From Myxococcota bacterium (lineage in GTDB: Bacteria > Myxococcota_A > UBA796 > UBA2385), in NCBI GenBank assembly GCA_023150805.1, contig JAKLKF010000008.1:17469-81468 (forward strand): a stretch of DNA of 64,000 nt, written 5' to 3'. Below the pieces are notes generated by a model. That model worked only from the letters and a program-made list of their open reading frames with translations. It was not told the origin of the DNA and did no database searches. A program made the position numbers and the translations under genes. This document shows positions 11,179-18,800 of this stretch, one piece after another; within the stretch, counting starts at the first letter, position 1, and every line of letters starts with the position of its first letter.

Positions 11179-12680
11179 GCCCCGCCCATCCCCAGGTCCT
11201 CGGCCGCCGCCTGACCTGCGCCGACCTGCACGCCATCGCCCACGGCGCCTCCGTCCACCTGGACCCCGCCGCCCGGGCCGCCATGGCGCGCAACGTCGCC
11301 GCCACCCCGCCCGGCCCCTCGCCGCTGCAGCGCAAGGCCCGCTGGCTGGTGGGCGAGCACGCCCGGGACCTCTCGCCCGAGGACCTGCCCCGCGCCTTCC
11401 TGCTGGGCCACTGCGCCGGCGTGGGCGACCCCCTGCCCGTGCCCGTCGTGCGGGCCACCATGGCGGCGCGCGTCCAGGTCCTCGCCCGGGCCGAGAGCGG
11501 CTGCCGGCCCGAGGCCGCCGAGGTCCTGGTGACGATGCTGGAGCGGGGCATCCACCCCCGCGTGCCCTCCCAGGGCAGCGTCGGCGCGGCCGGGGACCTG
11601 GCCCCCATGGCCCACATCGCCGCCGTGGCCTGCGGCTACCTGGACCCGGTGCCGGGGCTTCCTCCGTTCACGCCCACCGGAAAAGAGGCCCTGGCCCTCA
11701 TCAACGGCATCTCCCTGTCCGCCGCCATCGCCGCCCTGGCCGTCGTCCAGGCCCGCCGCCTGCTGGACGCCGCCATCGCCGCCTGCGCGATGACCCTGGA
11801 GGCCGTGGGCGCCGACGCCGGCTGCATCGACGCCCGCCCCCTGGTCAGCCGCGGCCAGCGCGGGGGGATCGAGGTGGGCGCCCGCCTGCGGGCGCTCTTG
11901 CAGGGCTCTGTCCAGGTGACCGAGGGCCGCGCCGCCGACGCCTTCTCCATCCGCGCCGCGCCCGCCGTGCTGGGCACCGCCGCCGACGTCATCGACCAGG
12001 TCGAGGCCCTGGTGGAGGCCGAGCTGAACGGCGGCAGCGACAACCCGCTCCTGTACGGACAGGGCGAGGGGGATGGACAGTGGATCGAGGCCGGCAACTT
12101 CCACGGCGCGCCCCTGGCCGTCGCCATGGACCAGCTCAAGCTGGCCGTCGCCCAGCTCGCCTCCATCTCCGAGCGGCGCACCTACCGCCTGTCCTACGGC
12201 CAGCTCATGCCCGGCCTGCCCTCCTTCCTGGTGCCGGGCACCGGCCTGAACAGTGGCTTCATGCTGGCCCAGTACACGGCCGCGTCCCTGTGCAGCGAGG
12301 TCAAGGGCCTGTGCCACCCGGCCAGCGTCGACAGCATCCCCACCGTGCAGCACCAGGAGGACCACAACTCGATGGCCCCCATCGCCGCGCGCACGGCGCT
12401 GGAAGCGCTGGACTGCGCCGCCGACGTGATCGCCATCGAGGCCCTGCTGGCCGCCCAGGCGCTGGACCTGCGGGCCCGGGGCTGGCGCTGGAGCCCGGCC
12501 GGCGAGCGGCTGCCCGACGCGCCTGTGGCCCTGGCCCCCGGGGTCGAGGCCCTGCGCGCCACCGTGCGGGCCCAGGTGCCATTCTGGGAGGACGACGGGC
12601 TGCTGCACCCGGCCCTGGTCGCGGCCGGGCGGCTGGTGCGCTCGGGCGCGCTGGGGGGAGGGGAGCCGGGGGCGTGGTGA
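11175..12680 (+). CDS. HAL/PAL-like protein with a degenerate active site (Ala-Ala-Gly in place of the MIO Ala-Ser-Gly; no YGxNTGFG loop)
   Basis: The ATG at 11175 overlaps the upstream stop (ATGA). Motifs GSVGAAGDLAPMAH (AAG at 11586-11594), DAFSIRAAPAVLGT, NGGSDNP, NFHGAPLAVAMD and QEDHNSMA. Confidence 0.85.
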
Positions 12681-12712
12681 GGGGCGGGCGGCGAACGGCC
12701 AGCAGATCGCGA

Positions 12713-12718
12713 TAGGAT
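12713..12718 (+). promoter_or_regulatory. Candidate -10 hexamer TAGGAT 6 nt upstream of the ATG at 12725 (candidate leaderless start)
   Basis: No SD lies between the hexamer and the ATG. The same geometry recurs at several other first-in-operon genes (see findings). Confidence 0.35.
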
Positions 12719-12724
12719 GGCGGC

Positions 12725-14140
12725 ATGACCCGCGCCCGCACCGTGGGAGAGGCCGCCTTCGGGCCCTTCCTGACCTTCGACCGGAACATCTGGGAACGCG
12801 ACGACCGCTTCCCCTTCGACCAGGTCTACGTGGACCGGGGGGAGCTGGGCGCTCCGGGAGGCGCAGGTGCGCGCCCCTATCGCAGCCTGCTTCGCCGCCT
12901 GACCCGCGTGCAGGGCTACAGCCGCGCCCTGCTCACCGGCCAGATCGGCTCGGGCAAGTCGATGGAGCTTCGCAAGCTCACCGAGGAGCCGGACATCGCC
13001 AGGGGCTTCGAGGTGGTGGCCTTCTCGGTGACCGATCGGCTGAACGTCGGGGCGCGGGTGGACATCCGCTACCTGATGCTGGCCATCGCCTCGGTGCTGG
13101 CCGAGCACATGGTCCGCAACCAGGTCGGCCCCAAGGCGCGCCGGTGGGGCTTCGCGTCGTCAGAGGAGGGCGTGCTGGCCGAGTGGCTGGGGGTGCTGCC
13201 GGTCCCTCCCGTGCAGGCGCCGGTGCGGGAGGTGTCCGATGCGTCGAGCTGGAAGCTCAGCGCGGGCCTGTTCGAGAAGAACCTCCAGCTTCGCACGGAC
13301 GAGGAGGTGCGGGCCGCGGTCCTGCGCGACGACGCCTTCTCGGTCTCCAAGCTGCGGCGCCTGGTCGAGTTCCTGCTCCACCACACCGAGAAGGCGGCGG
13401 AGCGACCGGTCCTGCTGATCGTGGACGACGGGGACAAGCTCACCTCGCCGGAGTCCGCGATCCCCATCTTCGTGGAGCAGCTCGGCAGCCTGCTGGAGCT
13501 GCCGGCCAGCCTGGTGTTGACCTGCCCCTACTGGCTGCACTTCGACCCCCGCTTCGCGCCGATGACCCGGCGGATCGAGCCCGTGCTCACCCAGAACGTG
13601 AAGGTGGTCACCCGGGAGCAGCCCGACGTGGTGCTCCAAGGCGCCCACGCCTTCTTCCGCCAGGTCTACGACCGGCTGGTCGCGCCGGACGCCGACCTGG
13701 TGACGCCGGACGCGTTGACCCTGGCCATCCGCACCTGCGCGGGCGTGCCGCGCGAGTTCCTGCGCATCCTCCAGAAGGGATTCGACCTGGCGGATGAGCT
13801 GGGGCAGGCGCGGCTGGATGCCGTCACCTTGAAGCTGGCCCTGGCCGAGCTGGCGCGCGGCCTGTCGGGCTTCACCCAGCGGCTGGACACGCGCCGGGCC
13901 CTGATCCGCATCCGCCTGACCAAGAAGCTCGACCTGGACCCGGACTGGTCCCTGCTCAACGGCCTGCTGGTCGTCGAGCTGTCCAACGATCGCCCCTGGT
14001 ACGACGTGAACCCGCTGCTGCAAGGGGATGTCGACCGTTGGATCGAGGACGCGCTGCGCCCGATGCGCGGGGACGACCCCCAGGCCGGCGAGGCCGAGCT
14101 GCGCCGCCGGCTGGTGGAGGGGCTGCAGGCCGATGGCTGA
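12725..14140 (+). CDS. P-loop AAA+ ATPase (ORC/Cdc6- or STAND-like) with a C-terminal winged-helix-like region
   Basis: 471-aa ORF. Walker A GQIGSGKS (12938-12961), Walker B VLLIVDDGD, lid-like CAGVPREFLRILQKGFDLADELG. Codon usage looks lower in GC than the flanks. Confidence 0.8.
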   Translation: MTRARTVGEAAFGPFLTFDRNIWERDDRFPFDQVYVDRGELGAPGGAGARPYRSLLRRLTRVQGYSRALLTGQIGSGKSMELRKLTEEPDIARGFEVVAFSVTDRLNVGARVDIRYLMLAIASVLAEHMVRNQVGPKARRWGFASSEEGVLAEWLGVLPVPPVQAPVREVSDASSWKLSAGLFEKNLQLRTDEEVRAAVLRDDAFSVSKLRRLVEFLLHHTEKAAERPVLLIVDDGDKLTSPESAIPIFVEQLGSLLELPASLVLTCPYWLHFDPRFAPMTRRIEPVLTQNVKVVTREQPDVVLQGAHAFFRQVYDRLVAPDADLVTPDALTLAIRTCAGVPREFLRILQKGFDLADELGQARLDAVTLKLALAELARGLSGFTQRLDTRRALIRIRLTKKLDLDPDWSLLNGLLVVELSNDRPWYDVNPLLQGDVDRWIEDALRPMRGDDPQAGEAELRRRLVEGLQADG

Positions 14141-16223
14141 GCCCGTGGTGCCGCGCTTCGAGGCGGTCCACGAAGACGGTGTCCGGCGCCTGGCGCGTGC
14201 CCTGCGGTCCAGCCCCCGCGGCTCCCTGTTGATGGTGGTGGGCAGGAGCGCGGCGCTGCGGGAGGACGCGCGAATGCGATTGGAGGCCAGCCTGGGCGAG
14301 CCCGTCGTCGAGCTGCTGCTCGATCCGGCCGAGCCCGCGCCCTGGGAGCGCATTCTCGCCCCCGAAGGGATCGTCCAGGCCGTGATGCCCCCTGTGCCCG
14401 CGCCGGAGCTCCTGCGCAAGCTCAACGTCGGGCGGGAGGCGCGTGTGCAGGCACGCCGGAGCGTCCTGCTGTGGGTGCCCGCCCTGGACCTGGTCGATGG
14501 TCTCCGGGAGCATGCGCCGGACCTGTGGGCCCACCGCCGGGACGTGATCTGGATGCTCTCCGCCGAGGACTTCGCCGTGCGGGTGCCACCGTTTTCCGGG
14601 GAGACGGAGGCCGCCGAGGTGAAGCGCCTGTGGACGCGGCTGGCGGAGGTGGATGGGCAGCGGGATCCACAGACGAGGGCGGCGATTGTGCGGAACCTCC
14701 TTCTTCACGCGGGAAGAGCCGTGTCGCCGGACCAGGCGCAGCGGCTGGTCGATGTGGCCTTTCGTTCGGAGCCGGGCTGGCTCGGTGTCTCCTGGTTCGT
14801 GATCGGTGCTCTCGGCGGCATCGCCCAGGTGGAGCAGGCGCACGTGTTGCTTTCGGCATCGGGTCCCGAGCTGGAGTGGCACACGCGGGGGTATGTACAA
14901 GTCGTACTCGACCAACACCGTCGCGCGCTTCGTGATGTCGTCGACCTGGTGCCCGCGCTCGAAAGCGGCCTGCCTGCCCGGCCCGTACCTTCCAACTTGG
15001 CGGCGCTGTTGCAGGCCAGGCGTACACGCGCCTTCACCGGCCTGTCGCTCCCGGGCCCCGCTCGCAAGACCCTCGCGGAATTCCAGGACGCCCTGTCGTC
15101 TCTGCCCCCTGGCTCCACGAAGGCTGGGGGCCTCTTCCGCGCGTTCGAACAGTCCGCCGCCATCGCCTCCCTGGAGGGCCGGCCCCTGGACGCGCTGCGC
15201 GACCTGGGTGAGGCCCGGGCGAATGCGGCTGCGGGAGGGATCGCCCAAGGTCGGGCGGTGACATCGGTCCCCTTCGCCCGCCTCCTCGCGCGCCTGGGCC
15301 AGCCACAGCTCGGGCTGGACACCCTGCTCGCCGATCTGACAGACCCGGAGCACCCGACCTGGCTGGTCACCCCCGAGCTGCTGCACACCGCTCACGATCT
15401 CGCCGTTCGCGTCGATCGCCTCGCCGACCTCCGCGCCGCCACCCAGGCGTGGTTGGATCGTACACCGTCGAGGAGGGGACTGCCCGGCCTCGCCGTCGCA
15501 TCTGCGCTCCGGCTCATGGAGCAGGCGGCCGAGGCGGACGCCCTGCTGCTCGACCTGGTCGAGCAGGGGCCCGGCCTGCCGGCGACGCGGGCGCTGGAGC
15601 TGCTCTGTGATGCCGCGGTCGACGTGGGCGACCTGGAGCGGGCCGCGCAGCTCGCCCTGGGCACGCTGCCATGGATCCTGGGTTGGGCGGGCACCATCTG
15701 GAAGGTGGAGGCCCACCTGCGCCTGGCCAGGGTGCGGCGCCTCGCCGGTCACCCCGCGTCGGCCGCCGCGAGCCTGGAGCGGGCGCGGCAGGTCCTCGCC
15801 CTCGACCCGGTGGACCTGCAGCCGGCGGACTCGTGGCTCGCGCTCGCTCGCGAGCAGCGGGATCAGTCGGAGGATCCGACGCCCGCTGGGCGCGCCCTCC
15901 GAGAAGCGCTGGCGCAGGTGCGGGCGCGGGGGCTGCGGACGCACGAGCTGGAGTTGCTGCTGGACCTGGCCGAGCTGCCCACCAGCGACGAGAGTCGGCA
16001 GGCCGAGGCGACCGAGGCGCTGACGTTGGCGACCGAGCTGGGTCTTCCCCTGGACCAGGCCCGCGTCCGCCTCGCCCTGGCGGACCTGGCCCTGCGTCAG
16101 GGCAGAGTGTCCAGTGTGCAGAGTCCGCTGGAGCAGGCCAACTGGTGGATCCAGCGGATCGGCGATGCTGCCAGCCGGCTTCGATGCCACGATCTTCGGA
16201 CCCGCCTTGCCGGCGTCACGTGA
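14133..16223 (+). CDS. Large helical-repeat (TPR-like) protein with a degenerate P-loop-like N-terminal domain
   Basis: Internal ATG of track ORF 14028..16223, overlapping the ATPase stop by 8 nt (ATGGCTGA). N-terminus SPRGSLLMVVGRSAALRED...RSVLLWVP. The C-terminal two thirds are helical repeats (ERAAQLALGTL..., HLRLARVRRLAGHPASAAASLERARQVLALDP, LALADLALRQG). It contains codons that are rare for this window (TAT GTA CAA GTC GTA at 14892-14906). Confidence 0.7.
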   Translation: MAEPVVPRFEAVHEDGVRRLARALRSSPRGSLLMVVGRSAALREDARMRLEASLGEPVVELLLDPAEPAPWERILAPEGIVQAVMPPVPAPELLRKLNVGREARVQARRSVLLWVPALDLVDGLREHAPDLWAHRRDVIWMLSAEDFAVRVPPFSGETEAAEVKRLWTRLAEVDGQRDPQTRAAIVRNLLLHAGRAVSPDQAQRLVDVAFRSEPGWLGVSWFVIGALGGIAQVEQAHVLLSASGPELEWHTRGYVQVVLDQHRRALRDVVDLVPALESGLPARPVPSNLAALLQARRTRAFTGLSLPGPARKTLAEFQDALSSLPPGSTKAGGLFRAFEQSAAIASLEGRPLDALRDLGEARANAAAGGIAQGRAVTSVPFARLLARLGQPQLGLDTLLADLTDPEHPTWLVTPELLHTAHDLAVRVDRLADLRAATQAWLDRTPSRRGLPGLAVASALRLMEQAAEADALLLDLVEQGPGLPATRALELLCDAAVDVGDLERAAQLALGTLPWILGWAGTIWKVEAHLRLARVRRLAGHPASAAASLERARQVLALDPVDLQPADSWLALAREQRDQSEDPTPAGRALREALAQVRARGLRTHELELLLDLAELPTSDESRQAEATEALTLATELGLPLDQARVRLALADLALRQGRVSSVQSPLEQANWWIQRIGDAASRLRCHDLRTRLAGVT

Positions 16224-16247
16224 ACAGTGGCCATGGGGGCGTGGTGA

Positions 16248-16778
16248 CTACCCGCTCCGCTCCTTGCGGTGCGCGCGCAGGCCCAGTCCCACGTCCAGCC
16301 CCACCGACCAGCGGGCCGCGCTGACCTCGCCGCGCAGGGCGACGGGCACGTGCAGCAGGCCGTGCTCGAAGCTGCGGACGGCCTGCAGGGCGGCGATCGG
16401 GTAGTGGCGCGCCCAGAGCCCCTCCTCGCAGGGGGCCTCGGCGCAGAAGTAGTCGTAGAACACCACGGGGGTGCCCACCCCCAGGCCGGCCTCCCAGCCC
16501 TCGGCCAGGCGCACCTGGGCCTCGGCGAAGGCGAAGGTGTTGCCGGCGTCACTGTCCACGATGCCGTAGCTGCCCGTGTCCACGCGCAGGCCCAGGCCGA
16601 CCTGCCGCGCGGGCCAGGCCACCAGCGCCACCCCGCCCCGGCCGGCCAGGTCGGGCCCCATCTCCAGCTTCACCCCGCCCGCGGGGCCGGCGTAGCCGCG
16701 CAGGCCCAGGTCGAGGAGGGGGTCGGCGGCGAAGGCGGCGGGGGTGGAGAGGGCGGCGAGGAACAGCGGGACCAGCAT
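16248..16778 (-). CDS. Secreted beta-rich protein (possible small outer-membrane beta-barrel)
   Basis: Internal ATG (16778) of track ORF 16248..16814, with GGAGG 7 nt upstream. Signal peptide MLVPLFLAALSTPAAFA. Alternating G/aromatic beta-strand-like pattern. Confidence 0.55.
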   Translation of the reverse strand: MLVPLFLAALSTPAAFAADPLLDLGLRGYAGPAGGVKLEMGPDLAGRGGVALVAWPARQVGLGLRVDTGSYGIVDSDAGNTFAFAEAQVRLAEGWEAGLGVGTPVVFYDYFCAEAPCEEGLWARHYPIAALQAVRSFEHGLLHVPVALRGEVSAARWSVGLDVGLGLRAHRKERSG

Positions 16779-16907
16779 CGGGGACCTCCGGGGGGATGCC
16801 CGGGTACGAAGCAAGCGGCGTGCCAGGGCGAAGATCCCGTGCGAGCGGGGCCCGCGCCCCGTCGCGGGCGCGGGATCGCGATCCGCCTGTCGCGGCCGGC
16901 GCGCCCC

Positions 16908-18800
16908 TCAGCCGTCGAACCAGGCCGGCGTGTTGCCCGTGAAGCTCCAGGTCTCGACCCGGTCCGTGTCGGTGGGGCGCTGGGGCCCGGCCTCGGGCAG
17001 GAAGGTGTTGTCCCGGACCTCCAGGTGGTCGATGAACGGTGGGGGGGCGCCGCTCAGCGTGCCGTAGTCGATGAGCGACACCCAGCCCCCCGCGCAGTCC
17101 ACGTCGTTGCCCTCGACGCGGATCGTGCCGAAGCCGGCGGCGACGTAGCGGAAGATCCAGACCGCGGTGGCGCCGCCGGACCAGGTGTCCCGTCGCACCG
17201 TGTCTGCGCAGGTGATGGCGTTGTCGACGATCGACAGGTCGCCGCCGTCGGGGCTGTCGCCGGAGTGCGTGACGCCGGCGTCCACGCCGGACAGCGTGTT
17301 CCCCTGGATGTGCACGTCCGCGCTGCTGCCCTGCAGGCTCAGGCCGAAGACGAAGGCGTCTCCCTCGCCCACGACCTCGAGCTGGTTGTCCTCGATCCGT
17401 ACGTCCTCGCAGGCGTCGATCCGGATCATCATGTCGGACTGCTCGGCGGCCGCGCCCCGGTGCAGGAGCACCCGGTTGTCCCGGATCTGCACGCCGGTCG
17501 CCCGGTCGCCCTCGGCGTAGGGCGAGAAGTACACCGACATCCCGACGGTCTCGATGTCGTTGTCCTCGATCAGGATGTCGCGCACCCCGAAGGCCTCCTC
17601 GCCGGTCTCGTCGCCGAAGTCCAGGCCCCAGCCGCCGACGAAGCGACTGCCCTGGACGGAGGCGCCGCGGGCGGTCACGTTCAGCGTGCTGCCGGTCCAC
17701 TCCACCCCCTCGTCCTCGATGATCTCCGAGTCGGACAGGGTGATGTCCTCGACGTACAGGGCGGACAGCGGCGTCCACACGTCGGTGTTGCGCGTGTACA
17801 GGCGCTCGACGACGATCCGCTGGGAGTCCAGGATCAGGATGCCCTCGGTGCGCGAGTCCGTCAGCTCGACGTCGAGGAAGGCGATGTCCTGTGACCCCAC
17901 GACGGCCAGGGCCTGCGCCAGCGTCCAGTCCTCGGCCCCCCAGTTGGCCTCGTAGCCGACCAGGTGCACGGACTGCAGGACCAGGCCGCTGACCCCCTCG
18001 AAGCGCGCGAGGTTGTCGGTCTCGGGGTAGCTCCAGCAGTCGGTCTCCCGGGAGTGGCGATCTCCGTCCAGGGTCAGGTCGCGCAGCTCGACGTCGGACA
18101 CGTCGACGGCGGCGACCAGGCGGGTGGGATGGAAGCCGCCGGAGGAGGGGTAGACCAGGGCGCCACGCAGGATCGCGGCGTCGGCGGGCGCCGCCGGGCC
18201 GTGCAGGCGGGCGCTGCGCTGGATGGGGAGCGTGTCGTCCAGCGCGTCGTCGGGCGCGGCGCCGAACCACTCGGGCCAGACCTCCTCGACCGCCGGCGGA
18301 CCCAGGACCGCGCCGCCGTCGCCGAAGATCCGCGAGCGGCCGGCCTCGATGCCGCCCGGGATCCACAGCTCGGCCGCGTCGGACAGGTCGAGGACGGCGC
18401 CGTCCACGAAGGCCAGGTCGACGCGGGCGGGCAGGGTGAGCGAGGTGGCGAGGGGGTAGGCGGCGGCCTGGTCCAGGCGCAGGGTGCTGTCGCAGGCGTC
18501 GGGGAGGGCCGCGGCCAGGGCGGCCAGGCTGCCCGGCTGCGAGGGGTCGCCGTGATCGTCGACGGCGGTGGACACGACCTGCTCGGCGAAGGGCGCACAG
18601 TCGTCGGTGGTGCCCCCACCGTCCGGGCTGCCACCGTCCGCACTGCCACCGTCCGGGCTGCCTCCGTCCGTACTGCCACCGTCCGTACTCCCACCGTCCG
18701 TACTCCCACCGTCCGGGCTGCCACCGTCCGGGCTGCCCCCGGCGGGGTCCGGACGGTCGGCCACGCAGGCCCACAGCAGCAGCGACGGCAGCGTGGTCAT
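16908..18800 (-). CDS. Right-handed parallel beta-helix (pectate-lyase fold) repeat protein, probable lipoprotein
   Basis: Internal ATG (18800) of track ORF 16908..19034; ATGA overlap with the M23 gene stop. N-terminus MTTLPSLLLWAC. GGSxD linker. Repeated beta-helix turns (VELRDLTLDG, IAFLDVELTDS, ITLSDSEIIED, ILIEDNDIE, VQIRDNRVL, VRIEDNQLE, VHIQGNTLS, LSIVDNAI, IRVEGNDVD, LEVRDNTF). Confidence 0.8.
   Translation of the reverse strand: MTTLPSLLLWACVADRPDPAGGSPDGGSPDGGSTDGGSTDGGSTDGGSPDGGSADGGSPDGGGTTDDCAPFAEQVVSTAVDDHGDPSQPGSLAALAAALPDACDSTLRLDQAAAYPLATSLTLPARVDLAFVDGAVLDLSDAAELWIPGGIEAGRSRIFGDGGAVLGPPAVEEVWPEWFGAAPDDALDDTLPIQRSARLHGPAAPADAAILRGALVYPSSGGFHPTRLVAAVDVSDVELRDLTLDGDRHSRETDCWSYPETDNLARFEGVSGLVLQSVHLVGYEANWGAEDWTLAQALAVVGSQDIAFLDVELTDSRTEGILILDSQRIVVERLYTRNTDVWTPLSALYVEDITLSDSEIIEDEGVEWTGSTLNVTARGASVQGSRFVGGWGLDFGDETGEEAFGVRDILIEDNDIETVGMSVYFSPYAEGDRATGVQIRDNRVLLHRGAAAEQSDMMIRIDACEDVRIEDNQLEVVGEGDAFVFGLSLQGSSADVHIQGNTLSGVDAGVTHSGDSPDGGDLSIVDNAITCADTVRRDTWSGGATAVWIFRYVAAGFGTIRVEGNDVDCAGGWVSLIDYGTLSGAPPPFIDHLEVRDNTFLPEAGPQRPTDTDRVETWSFTGNTPAWFDG
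18621..18740 (-). repeat. In-frame 8 x 15-bp tandem repeat encoding (GGS[PTA]D)8 linker
   Basis: GGSPDGGSPDGGSTDGGSTDGGSTDGGSPDGGSADGGSPD, residues 21-60 of the beta-helix protein. The DNA unit is ccaccgtccg(g/t)(g/a)ct(g/c)c on the plus strand. Confidence 0.9.

Noticed and set aside
12681-16247. Looked for mobile-element hallmarks around the lower-GC island (integrase, transposase, flanking direct repeats, tRNA target)
   Set aside because: None found. The island borders are ordinary short intergenic regions, so horizontal origin rests only on codon/GC appearance and I make no mobile_element call.
16790-16905. GC-rich stem-loop (CCGCGCC-loop-GGCGCGG) downstream of the beta-helix gene, as a possible intrinsic terminator
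   Set aside because: No U-tract follows. Such GC hairpins occur by chance throughout sequence of this composition.
18621-18740. Tandem repeats (here and at 7150-7200 and 24296-24346) considered as possible CRISPR arrays
   Set aside because: The units are directly adjacent with no spacers and are only 15-17 bp long. One set is in frame inside a coding region. No cas genes are present in the window.
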